This document shows positions 54,094 to 63,097 of a stretch of DNA of 64,000 nucleotides, piece by piece. Each line of letters opens with the position of its first letter. Position 1 is the stretch's first letter. The translations under genes were made by a program, and so were the position numbers. The notes under the pieces are model-generated. The model had not been told where the DNA came from. It was given only the letters and a program-made list of their open reading frames with translations, and did no database searches. Source of the stretch: an uncultured Acidobacteriota bacterium (GTDB lineage Bacteria; Acidobacteriota; Thermoanaerobaculia; Multivoradales; JBCCEF01); the NCBI GenBank assembly GCA_963730155.1, contig CAVSQV010000006.1, forward strand, positions 22,774 through 86,773, written 5' to 3'.

Positions 54094-55590
54094 CTACCCG
54101 TAGCCCAACGCCCGCAGCCGCGCCAGCACCTCCTCGGGGATCGTGCTCGCCTCGTCCGAAGGCGGCGGCGCGGCGGCGACCCGGCGCTTCCACTTTCGGA
54201 GGTCGAGGTGGAGGTCGTCGACCCGCGTACGGTCGGCCGCCGACAGATCGCGCTGCTCGAGCGGGTCGTCGCGATAGGCGTACAGCTCGCTCCGCGGGCC
54301 CTCGCCGCGGATGCCGCGGATCCAGTGGATCACCCGGTAGCGGTCGCCGGTCACCGCCCGCTGACCCTTGAACATCCTCGACTCGCTGAACGCCGGCAGC
54401 AACGGCGGCTCGCCGGCGTCGAGCCAGGGGGCGAGGCTCCGCCCCTGCGCCGCCGCGGGCGCCGGCACGCCGGCGAGATCGAGCAGGGTCGGCATCAGGT
54501 CGATCAGCTCGACCGGCCGCTCGACCACGTGGCCGGTGCCGCCGCCCGGGCGCCGGATCACCAGCGGCGCCCGCGCGGTGGTCGTGTAGAGCTTGTCGTG
54601 GAGGAGCGAGCCGTGCTCGAAGAACTCCTCGCCGTGGTCGGAGAAGATCGCCAGGACCGCACTCCGGTCGAGGCCGAGCGCCGCCATCTCGCGCCGCAGC
54701 TCCCCCACCCAGTCGTCGACCTGGCGGATGCCGGCGTCGTAGAGCGCCACCGTGTAGGCGAGGTCGCGCGCCGGGAGCAGCGGCCCGCTCTCGCGCCAGG
54801 AGCGCCGGCGGAGCGTGTCGAGGGTCGTCTGGTCGGGCTCGAAGCCAGGGGTCGGCGGCTCGGCCAGCTCGCCGAGGAAGAGCGAGCGGTAGGGCTCGGG
54901 CGGCAGGTAGGGGCTGTGGACGTCGTAGGTGTGGACCAGGAGCAGGAACGGCCGGTCGGCGTGGCGGCGCATCCAGGCCAGCGCGCGCGGCCCGATCCGC
55001 TCGAGGCCGCCGGGCGCGTCCTGGTAGAGGTCGAACCCCTGGTCGAGGCCGAAGCCGTGGTGCATGAAGCCGCCGTCGACGAAGGCGGCGGTGGCGTAGC
55101 CGCGGGCGTTGAGCACCTCGGCGAGGGTCTCGACCTCCTCGGGCACTCGGTCGTGGCGGTCCTCGACCCCGTGCGAGCTGGGGTAGAGCGAGGTCAGGAT
55201 CGAGGTCTGCGACGGCGGCGTGGTCGGCGCCTGGGCGAAGGCCCAGGCGAAGCGGGTCCCCTCGGCGGCGACGGCGTCGATCTCGGGGCTGGTCGGGCGC
55301 GGGTTGCCGTAGGAGGAGAGGCGGTCGGCGCGCAGGGTGTCGATGTCGATCAGGATGATCGAGGGGGGCGGCCCGGACTCGGCCGGCGTTCCGGCCTCCG
55401 GCTCGGCCGGCGCTCCGGCGGCCGCCGCCGAGACCGTCGCGTCCGGCTCCGGCGCGCCGCCGGTGCCCTGCGGTCCCGCACAGCCCCAGGCGGCGAGGGC
55501 GAGGGCGCCGAGCGAGACGGTGAGAGGGACGGTGAGCGAGACCGCGAGCGGGCGCGACGGGCCAAGGCGTCGGGTGAAGCTCGGGAGCAT
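54094..55590 (-). CDS. Sulfatase-like lipoprotein 4 (Thr nucleophile)
   Basis: Lipobox AWGC, DIDTLRAD, APTTPPSQTSILTSLYP, HTYDVHSPY, SDHGEEF, LRALGYG. Confidence 0.88.
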   Translation of the reverse strand: MLPSFTRRLGPSRPLAVSLTVPLTVSLGALALAAWGCAGPQGTGGAPEPDATVSAAAAGAPAEPEAGTPAESGPPPSIILIDIDTLRADRLSSYGNPRPTSPEIDAVAAEGTRFAWAFAQAPTTPPSQTSILTSLYPSSHGVEDRHDRVPEEVETLAEVLNARGYATAAFVDGGFMHHGFGLDQGFDLYQDAPGGLERIGPRALAWMRRHADRPFLLLVHTYDVHSPYLPPEPYRSLFLGELAEPPTPGFEPDQTTLDTLRRRSWRESGPLLPARDLAYTVALYDAGIRQVDDWVGELRREMAALGLDRSAVLAIFSDHGEEFFEHGSLLHDKLYTTTARAPLVIRRPGGGTGHVVERPVELIDLMPTLLDLAGVPAPAAAQGRSLAPWLDAGEPPLLPAFSESRMFKGQRAVTGDRYRVIHWIRGIRGEGPRSELYAYRDDPLEQRDLSAADRTRVDDLHLDLRKWKRRVAAAPPPSDEASTIPEEVLARLRALGYG

Positions 55591-55736
55591 CGGGGTCGGG
55601 CTGGATCGTGCACGGCGCGGGATCGGCCCGGGCCGGGAGCGTGGGGGTCGCGGTGCGGCGTGCATCCTACCAGCCCGGGCCCGCCCTGGGCCCGCCCTTG
55701 ACCGGCCGCGGCGGGCCGGGCAAGATCGACCGCCGC

Positions 55737-57170
55737 GTGAGCCGAACCGCCGTCCTCCCCCGCGCCTCCGATCCGCCGCGCCGGGCGCTCGCCGGCTTCG
55801 CGGCGATCGCCCTCGCGTGCCTCGCCGCGGCGCTCCTCGCCTGGTGGATCGACCACCCGGTGCTCCTCCACTCCGACAGCGGCAGCTACGTCCGCGACGC
55901 CTACGAGCGGTCGCCGGACTGGCCCCGCCCGCTCGGTTACGGGCTCTTCCTGTCCCTCGTCTTCGCCCTCGCCGGCGGCCCCAAGCTCGGCGTCGTGGTC
56001 CTCCTCCAGTGCCTGCTCGGGGCCGCCGTCGGGACCGCCACCTTCGCGCTCGCGCGCCGCGCCCTCGGGGCGCCGCCGTGGGTCGCGGCGGCCGCCGCGC
56101 TGGCGGCGACCCTGTCGCCGCTCCACCTGCTGCTCCAGCGCTTCGTCCTCGCCGACGCCCTGGCCCTGGCGCTCCTCGCGGCGGCGCTCGCGGCCCTCTT
56201 CTGGTTCGTCGAGCGCCCGGGACCGCTCTCGGCCCTGGCGCTCGGCGCGGCCGCGGCGGCGCCGCTCCTGGTGCGCGCGGTCTGGGTCTTCCTGCCCGCG
56301 CTGCTGCCGCTCCTCGGGCTGGCCGGCGCCTGGCTCCGCCATCCCGAGGGGCCGCTCCGCCGGCGGCTCGGGCGCGCGGCGTGGGCGGCGCTGGCGCTCG
56401 GGGCCGCGGCGGCGATCTACGGCGGCTACAGCCACGCGGTCGCCGGCTCGCTCGGCGGCGAGGCGACCGCGACCGCGGGCGCCAGCGGCTTCTCCGGCTG
56501 GGTGCTCTGGGGCTCGGTGGCGCGCTTCGCCGAGCCGGGCGACCTCGACGGAGTCCCCGGGGGCGAGATCCTGCTCTCCGACCCGGAGTCGCTCCGGCGC
56601 AACGGGAGCTGGCAGATCTGGGACTTCGGCTCGACCGCCCACCGGCTGCGGATCGAGCGCTTCGGCGGCAGCTTCGCGGCCACCGACCGGGCGCTCCTCT
56701 CCGCCGCCCTGCGGGTCGCCGCGCGTCACCCGATCGGCTTCGCCCGCCAGCTCGGCTGGTCGCTCGGGCGCTTCTTCCGGCCGATCCAGGGCAACGCCGA
56801 CTACTCGCGGCCGCTCGAGCTGGACCCGACGGTCGGCGGCCACCTCGAGCGCTACGCCGGCATCGCCCTGCCGCCGCCCGCGGAGCGGGCGAGCCGGCTC
56901 GGGCCGGCGGTCCGCGCCTGGCGCTGGTCGCGCTGGCTCCTCTCCGGCGCGGTGGTGGCGGCGCTCGCGGCGGGCCTGGTACGGCCGCGGCGGTGGTTCG
57001 CACTCCTCGCGGTCGGCGCGCTCGGCACCGCCTACCTCCTGGTAGTCAACCTCGCGATCGGCTTCGTCTTCGTCGAGCGCTACTACCTGCCGATCGAGTA
57101 CCTCGGCATCCTGGCGCTCGCGGCGGCTACGGGAGCCTGGCGCCGGCCGCTGACTCAACCGTCTTCGTGA
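55737..57170 (+). CDS. Polytopic membrane protein, GT-C (ArnT/PMT-like) glycosyltransferase candidate
   Basis: TM1 followed by DSGSY..RPLGYGLFL loop, LADAL, about 10 TMs, C-terminal ERYYLP. Confidence 0.7.
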   Translation: MSRTAVLPRASDPPRRALAGFAAIALACLAAALLAWWIDHPVLLHSDSGSYVRDAYERSPDWPRPLGYGLFLSLVFALAGGPKLGVVVLLQCLLGAAVGTATFALARRALGAPPWVAAAAALAATLSPLHLLLQRFVLADALALALLAAALAALFWFVERPGPLSALALGAAAAAPLLVRAVWVFLPALLPLLGLAGAWLRHPEGPLRRRLGRAAWAALALGAAAAIYGGYSHAVAGSLGGEATATAGASGFSGWVLWGSVARFAEPGDLDGVPGGEILLSDPESLRRNGSWQIWDFGSTAHRLRIERFGGSFAATDRALLSAALRVAARHPIGFARQLGWSLGRFFRPIQGNADYSRPLELDPTVGGHLERYAGIALPPPAERASRLGPAVRAWRWSRWLLSGAVVAALAAGLVRPRRWFALLAVGALGTAYLLVVNLAIGFVFVERYYLPIEYLGILALAAATGAWRRPLTQPSS

Positions 57171-57652
57171 CGGGACAGCTTGCGGTAGCCGCGGTTCCAG
57201 TAGACCAAGGGCGCCTCGCCGGGCCGCGGCACGCCGCTCGCCACCACCTCGCCGATGTAGATCGAGTGGGTGCCGGCGGGCTGCTCCGAGACGATCCGGC
57301 AGTCGAGCCAGGCGAGCGCGTCCTCGAGCACCGGCGCGCCGGTGGCGGCCTCGGTCCAGCGGCCCGCGGCGAAGCGGTCCTCGTCCTTCATCCAGGCGAA
57401 GCGGTTGGACAGCTCGGCCTGGTCCTCGCCCAGGACGTTGACCGCGAACGAGGTCCCCGGCATCCGGAGCAGCGCCGAGGCCTTGTGCTTGTGGTCGATG
57501 ATCACCGCCACCAGCGGCGGCTCGGGCGACACCGAGGCGAACGCCGAGACGGTGAGCCCGTGGACCTGGTCGCCGGCGCGCAGGGTGACGATGGTCACCC
57601 CCGCCGGGAAGTGGCGGAGCGCTTCGCGGTACTCCTCCGAGCCGATGGACAT
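57155..57652 (-). CDS. Flavin reductase family protein
   Basis: YREALRHFPAGVTIVT, GLTVSAFASVSPEPPLV, FAVNVL, GTHSIYIGEV. Confidence 0.92.
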   Translation of the reverse strand: MSIGSEEYREALRHFPAGVTIVTLRAGDQVHGLTVSAFASVSPEPPLVAVIIDHKHKASALLRMPGTSFAVNVLGEDQAELSNRFAWMKDEDRFAAGRWTEAATGAPVLEDALAWLDCRIVSEQPAGTHSIYIGEVVASGVPRPGEAPLVYWNRGYRKLSRHEDG

Positions 57653-57713
57653 CGGCGCGCATCTTACGCCGCCCGGCCGGCGGCGGCCGCGCGGCGGTAA
57701 GATCCCGGCGCCG
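57653..57713. promoter_or_regulatory. Pseudo-palindromic bidirectional promoter with a TAAGAT -10 box on each strand
   Basis: atctta at 57661-57666 and taagat at 57698-57703 lie 8 and 10 nt from the respective ATGs. No SD sequences. Confidence 0.6.
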
Positions 57714-58751
57714 ATGAGCCCTCCGCGCGCCACCCGCCTGGTCGTGATGATCCCCTGCCTCGACGAGGCCGAGACCCTGCCGGCGACCCTCGCCGAGCTG
57801 CCGCGCTCGGTGCCCGGGATCGACGAGGTGCGCGTGTTGGTGATCGACGACGGCTCGACCGACGGCACCGCCGAGGTGGCGCGCGCAGGCGGTGCCGACT
57901 GGGTCGTCCGCCACCGGCGCAACCTCGGGCTGGCGCGGGCGTTCGCGACCGGGCTGCGCGAGGCGCTCGCGCGCGGCGCCGACTACGTCGTCCTCACCGA
58001 CGGCGACAGCCAGTACCCGGGCGCCGAGCTGCCGGCCGTCGTGGCGCCGCTCCTCGCCGGCGACGCCGACATCGCGGTCGGCGACCGGCGGCCGGGGACG
58101 CTCGGCCACTTCTCGCCGATCAAGCGCCGCCTCCAGCTCCTGGGCAGCCGCGTCGTCGGATGGCTGGCCGGGTTCCCGGTGCCCGACGCGGCGAGCGGCT
58201 TCCGCGCCTTCACCCGCGACGCCGCGCTCCGGCTGCGGGTCCACACCGGCTTCTCTGCGAGCCTCGAGACGCTGGTCCAGGCCGGCCGCGCCGGGCTCTC
58301 GGTGGCCTGGGTGCCGATCGCCGTCCGGCCGACGCCGCGCCCCTCGCGCCTCCACCGCGGCAGCTTCCACTACGTGCGCCGTCAGACCCTGACCCTGGCC
58401 CGCGCCCTGGCGGTCTACGAGCCGCTCAAGACCTTCGGCTGCCTCGGCTTGCCGTTTTTCCTGGCCGGCCTCGCCCTCGAGCTGCGCTTCCTGGTCATCT
58501 ACCTCGCCGGCGCCGGCGGGGTCGGGCGCTACATCCACTCGGTGACCGTCGGCGGCTTCCTGATCACGCTGGCGGTCCTGATCTGGGCGCTCGGCCTCCT
58601 CGCCGACGGCCTGCTCGCCAACCGGCGGACGATCGAGGACGCGCTCCTGCGACTCGAGACGCTGGAACGCACCGCGATCGGTGCCGGCGCGGCCGCCGAG
58701 CCCGAGCCGGCGGCCGCCGCGCCGGCCGGCACCGCTCACCTCTCCGGCTGA
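57714..58751 (+). CDS. GT2 polyprenol-phosphate glycosyltransferase (DPM1/GtrB-like) with C-terminal TMs
   Basis: IPCLDEA, IDDGSTDGT, NLGLA, TDGDSQY, DAASGFRAF, two C-terminal TMs. Confidence 0.9.
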   Translation: MSPPRATRLVVMIPCLDEAETLPATLAELPRSVPGIDEVRVLVIDDGSTDGTAEVARAGGADWVVRHRRNLGLARAFATGLREALARGADYVVLTDGDSQYPGAELPAVVAPLLAGDADIAVGDRRPGTLGHFSPIKRRLQLLGSRVVGWLAGFPVPDAASGFRAFTRDAALRLRVHTGFSASLETLVQAGRAGLSVAWVPIAVRPTPRPSRLHRGSFHYVRRQTLTLARALAVYEPLKTFGCLGLPFFLAGLALELRFLVIYLAGAGGVGRYIHSVTVGGFLITLAVLIWALGLLADGLLANRRTIEDALLRLETLERTAIGAGAAAEPEPAAAAPAGTAHLSG

Positions 58752-59773
58752 GACGCCTCGCCGTCCTCGCGCCCGCGCAGAGCCCAGGCGGCGCCGGCGA
58801 GGAGGAGGTCGCCGCCGACGGTCACCGCGCGCAGGGCGATCGCCGCCAGCGCCGCCGGCGCCTCGCCGAGGAAGGGCGCGAGCTGGACCGCGAGCGCCGC
58901 CTCGCGGACGCCGATCCCGCCCGGCGCGCCCGGGGTCAGCGTGCCGGCGGCCCAGGCGAGGGGATAGGCGGCGAGCACCGCGCCGAGCGGCGGCGCGCCC
59001 CCCGGCCAGCCCGCCGCCACCAGGCCCCAGAGGATGCCGGCCGTGCCGGCGAGGACGACCAGGTGGAGGCCGAGCGCGGGGAGCGCTGCGGCCGCGGTCC
59101 GCCGGCGCGAGAGCGGCGGCAGCCCCTCGGCCAGCCGGGAGAGCGGCGGCAGCCGGCGGATCAGCGCGTCGGCCGCGACCAGTCCCACCAAGGCGGCGAG
59201 CGCCGCGGCGCCGGCCGCCGCGGAGAGCCGCAGCGAACCGCCGGGAGCCGCCGCCGAGCCGGCCGCGGTGAGCGCCGCCGCAGCGACCAGCACGGTCGCC
59301 AGCTCGAGCGCCGCCGAGGCCGCCAGCTCGGCGTGCGAGACCCCCATCCGCCGCCCGAGCACCTGGCGCCCGACATAGTGGAAGACGTTGCCCGGCAGGT
59401 ACTTCGCGGCCTGCGTGCGGGCCCACAGCCCGACCGCCGGCGCGATCGGCGGCCGCCGGCCGTAGAGCCCGAGGCAGCGCCACCAGGCGGCCGCGGCGAT
59501 CACCCCGAGGCCGGCGTAGAGCGCCGCGGCGGCGGCCGCCGCCGCGATCAGCCGGGAGGTCTCGACCCCGGTGCCGGCGGCGCCCGGGGCGCCGCGCACC
59601 AGCGACGCCACCACCCAGCCGGCGGCGGCGATCGCCAGCGTGCCGCCGAGCCAGTGCGCCCGTCTCGCCCAGGGACTCCGAGCGGGCTTCGCCCAGGCCG
59701 CCGCCGCGGCTCGCGCCGTCGTGCTGCCGGTCCGCTCCCCGCCCCCGGGCGGCTCAGCTCCGGGCGTCGTCAC
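58736..59773 (-). CDS. LPG-synthase TM domain / flippase-like membrane protein
   Basis: AKYLPGNV and TPGAPGGIGVREA motifs, multiple TMs. Confidence 0.8.
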   Translation of the reverse strand: MTTPGAEPPGGGERTGSTTARAAAAAWAKPARSPWARRAHWLGGTLAIAAAGWVVASLVRGAPGAAGTGVETSRLIAAAAAAAALYAGLGVIAAAAWWRCLGLYGRRPPIAPAVGLWARTQAAKYLPGNVFHYVGRQVLGRRMGVSHAELAASAALELATVLVAAAALTAAGSAAAPGGSLRLSAAAGAAALAALVGLVAADALIRRLPPLSRLAEGLPPLSRRRTAAAALPALGLHLVVLAGTAGILWGLVAAGWPGGAPPLGAVLAAYPLAWAAGTLTPGAPGGIGVREAALAVQLAPFLGEAPAALAAIALRAVTVGGDLLLAGAAWALRGREDGEASQPER

Positions 59774-60344
59774 CGGCCGGCTCCGCTCCGAGCACGAAGA
59801 GCTGGTTGGCTCCGAGCAGGAAGCGCCGCGCCTCGAGCACGCGCAGCCGGGCGTCGGCCGCCAGGACCGCCAGATCCGCGCGGCCGATCGGGGTCTGGTG
59901 CTCGGCCGCGCCCTCGCGGCTGAAGAGACCCGCGGCGGCCCCGAGCCGGTGGACGCCGAAGAGCCGCGGCTCGGGGGTGGTCAGGACCATCCGGCCGCCC
60001 GGGGCGAGACGCCGGGAGGCCGCGGCCAGCCAGGCGCCGGGATCGGCGAGGTGCTCGATGAAGGCGAGCGCGACGACGAGGTCGAAGCTCCCCTCGGCGG
60101 CCGCCGCGGCGTCGAGCTCCTCGGGGACGACGAAGCGGTGGCGCGGGAAGCGGGCGCGGGCGGCGGCCAGCGAGTCGGCGTCGCGGTCGACCCCGAGGTA
60201 GCGCTCCGGCGGCACCCGGCGCGCCAGCTCGCCGACGCCGCAGCCGTAGTCGAGCACGCGCCCGCCCCCGAGGTACGGCGCCACCACCGCCAGACGGCGG
60301 CGGCGGAGGTACGGCGAGAGCAGTCCGCTGGTCTGATCGGGCAT
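59754..60344 (-). CDS. Class I SAM-dependent methyltransferase
   Basis: VLDYGCGVG, FDLVVALAFIEHL, LAPGGRMVLTTP. Confidence 0.88.
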   Translation of the reverse strand: MPDQTSGLLSPYLRRRRLAVVAPYLGGGRVLDYGCGVGELARRVPPERYLGVDRDADSLAAARARFPRHRFVVPEELDAAAAAEGSFDLVVALAFIEHLADPGAWLAAASRRLAPGGRMVLTTPEPRLFGVHRLGAAAGLFSREGAAEHQTPIGRADLAVLAADARLRVLEARRFLLGANQLFVLGAEPAGDDARS

Positions 60345-60425
60345 CGGGTCTGATGGGGCTCGTGCCGGGGACCCGGGCGCGGCGGCGCGGGCCGGCGAGC
60401 ATAGCCGATGCGTTCCGGCGGGGCG

Positions 60426-62996
60426 TCAGGGGGCGGACACGGCGGAGCGGCCTGCCTCCAACACCCGCACCGTGCCGTCGAGCGGCGCCGCCGCGAGGCG
60501 GCGGCCGTCGGGGCTCCAGGCGACGGCGTAGACCTGGGCGCCGACCGGCAGCGCCAGGATCTCCTCGCCGCGCTCGGCGTGCCAGAGCCGCACCGTGCCG
60601 TCGTCCGAGGCCGAGGCCAGCCGCTCGCCGTCCGGGCTCCAGGCCAGGTTCCAGACCCTCTCCCGGTGCCCCTCGAGGATCCCGGCGGGCTCGCCGCCGG
60701 GGAGCCGCGAGAGGCGGATCACGCCGTCGTCGCCGGCGCTCGCGAGGAGGTGGCCGCGCGGATGGAAGGCGACCGCGCGCGCCGGCCCGCGGTGGCCGGC
60801 GAGGTCCGCGGCCGGCTCCCCGCCGGCGTGCCACAGGCGGACCCTGCCGTCGGCGGCCGCGGTCGCGAGGAGCGCACCGTCGCGGCTCCAGGCGGCGGCC
60901 TGGACCGCCGCCTCCCCCGCCGGCAGCTCGATCAGCCGCCGGCCGGTCGCGAGGTCCCAGACCGCGGCCTTGCCGCCGCCCGAGGGGGCCAGCGCGCGGG
61001 CGCCGTCCGGGCTGAAGGAGACGGTCAGCGCCCGGCCGCTCGCGAGCGGCTCGAGGTCGGCCAGCCGCTCGCCGCCGGCGCTCCAGAGCGTCAGGTCGCC
61101 GTGGTTGGTGCCGATCGCGAGCCGCTCGCCGTCCGGGTGCCAGGCGAGCCCGACCGCGGCGGCGTCGAAGGTGGCGGGATCGGAGTAGAGCTGGCGCTCG
61201 ACCAGCTCCCGGCCGGTCGCGCCGTCCCACACTTTGAACGTGCCGCCGCCGGCGGCCGAGGCCAGGCGCGAGCCGTCGGGCGAGAAGGCCAGCCCGTAGA
61301 CCGCGGCGGGATGCCGCAGGACTCCCTCCCCGGGCGCCGGCACCCGCCAGAGCCGGACCGTGCCGTCGTCGGAGGCGGTGGCGAGGAGGTCGCCGCCGGG
61401 GGCGAAGGCGACCGCGTGGACCGCGCCCGTGTGCCCGTGGAGGACCCGCACCGGGGCGCTCCCCGAGAGGTCCCAGAGGCGCACGGTCTGGTCGCTCGAC
61501 GCCGTCGCCAGGAGGCCGCCCGCGGGGTGGAACGCGACGCCGTCGACCCCGTTGCCGTGCCCCTCGTCGCGCCCTTCGGGCAGCGACGCCGCCAGTGTGC
61601 CGGCGGCCGGGTCCCAGAGCCGCACCGTGGCGTCCTTCGCCGCCACCGCGAGGCGGCCGCCGTCGGGGCTGAAGGCCACCGCCTGGACCGCCTGGTAAGT
61701 GCCGTCCTCGGGCGGCATCAGCACCCGCGGCGGCCCGGCCGAGCCGCCGTCCGCGGCGACCTCGAAGAGGGCGGTGCCGAAGTCGAGGTCGCCCGCCGCG
61801 AGCGTCCGGCCGTCGGGGCTCCAGGCGAGCGACGAGACGACCTTGCCGGCCGTCAGCTCGGCGCGCCGCTCGCCGGTCGCCGCGTCGAGCAGGAAGACCA
61901 CGCCGATCGCCGGCGGCCCGTCCTCGGCCTCGATCCGGCGCCAGCCGCCGGCGGCGAGGAGCGCGCCGCCGGGGCTGAAGGCGACCGCCGAGAGGTTCTG
62001 CGCCGGCAGCTCCGCCGACCACAGCTCGGTGCCCTCGGCGACCGACCAGACGCGGACGACCCGGTCGCGGCCGGTCGCGGCGAGGAGGCGCGAGTCGGGA
62101 CTGAAGGCGACCGAGTAGAGCTCGCCGCCCGCCTCGAGGACCCGCTCGTCCGCGGCTCCCGGCAACCCGCGCAGGCGGACCGTGCCGTCGGCGCCGGCGG
62201 ACGCCAGCCAGCGGCCGTCCGGGCTGATCGCGACGCGCAGCACCGGCCCGTCGTGACCGCGAAGGACCGCGCTCGCCTGGTCCGCGCGGGAGTCGAGGAG
62301 GCGCCACTCCCAGCCGCGATGGCCGGCCGGCGCGGCCGCCAGCCAGCGCTGCGCGGCCGCGGTGTCGTGGAGGCGGAGCGAGGCCGACGCGGCGGCGACG
62401 TGGGCGAGGTACGAGCCCCAGGAGCCGCCCTCCCCGGCCGCTCCCGTGCGCTCGTAGGCGCTCCGCCAGAGCAGGTGCCACTCGCCGTCGCGCAGCTCCT
62501 CGACGATCGTCTCGTAGCGGTCCGGGCCGGTGAAGCGCCAGACCGAGCGCAGCTCGCGCACCCCCTCGTCGCTCGAGTAGCGCTCGGGGAAGACGACCTC
62601 CTCGGCGCCGGCGGCCTCGAAGATCGCCTCGCCGCGGGTCACCGCGCCGTCGCTCGACCAGTAGGTGAAGCCGACCCGGCCCTGCTCCGGGTCCCCGGCG
62701 TAGAGCGTCTCCCCCTCGTAGTCCTCCTCGCCGGCGGGCGCCTCGACGACGTGGCGGTCGCGCAGGAAGCGGCCGTCCCACTCCCAGGTGAAGCAGTGGA
62801 CGTCGGGGCGGTCGCCGGGCACGCGGCCGCTCCAGCAGCTCCCGGCGAGCCGGCCGAGCGGCCCGAAGCGGGCGCGCGCCTCGACTGCGCCGGAGCCGGC
62901 GCCGGCGACGGGAGCGGCGATCGGCGCCGAGACCGCGAACCCCGCGAGAGCGACCGAGACGATCGCGACGATTCGAGAACGAGGACGGCTTGCCAT
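60426..62996 (-). CDS. Secreted WD40-repeat protein with small N-terminal beta domain
   Basis: Signal peptide. About 14 repeats of GH..V..VAFSPDG..LASA..DGTVRLW. Confidence 0.88.
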   Translation of the reverse strand: MASRPRSRIVAIVSVALAGFAVSAPIAAPVAGAGSGAVEARARFGPLGRLAGSCWSGRVPGDRPDVHCFTWEWDGRFLRDRHVVEAPAGEEDYEGETLYAGDPEQGRVGFTYWSSDGAVTRGEAIFEAAGAEEVVFPERYSSDEGVRELRSVWRFTGPDRYETIVEELRDGEWHLLWRSAYERTGAAGEGGSWGSYLAHVAAASASLRLHDTAAAQRWLAAAPAGHRGWEWRLLDSRADQASAVLRGHDGPVLRVAISPDGRWLASAGADGTVRLRGLPGAADERVLEAGGELYSVAFSPDSRLLAATGRDRVVRVWSVAEGTELWSAELPAQNLSAVAFSPGGALLAAGGWRRIEAEDGPPAIGVVFLLDAATGERRAELTAGKVVSSLAWSPDGRTLAAGDLDFGTALFEVAADGGSAGPPRVLMPPEDGTYQAVQAVAFSPDGGRLAVAAKDATVRLWDPAAGTLAASLPEGRDEGHGNGVDGVAFHPAGGLLATASSDQTVRLWDLSGSAPVRVLHGHTGAVHAVAFAPGGDLLATASDDGTVRLWRVPAPGEGVLRHPAAVYGLAFSPDGSRLASAAGGGTFKVWDGATGRELVERQLYSDPATFDAAAVGLAWHPDGERLAIGTNHGDLTLWSAGGERLADLEPLASGRALTVSFSPDGARALAPSGGGKAAVWDLATGRRLIELPAGEAAVQAAAWSRDGALLATAAADGRVRLWHAGGEPAADLAGHRGPARAVAFHPRGHLLASAGDDGVIRLSRLPGGEPAGILEGHRERVWNLAWSPDGERLASASDDGTVRLWHAERGEEILALPVGAQVYAVAWSPDGRRLAAAPLDGTVRVLEAGRSAVSAP

Positions 62997-63097
62997 TCGT
63001 GACCTCCCTGGAGCGCGGCGCGCAGCCTACCCGTCCGGCGCAAGGGCTGCTTGGAAAAAATCGCAGTGCGGCGGCCTGCTAGGCTCGGCCGCCGCCG

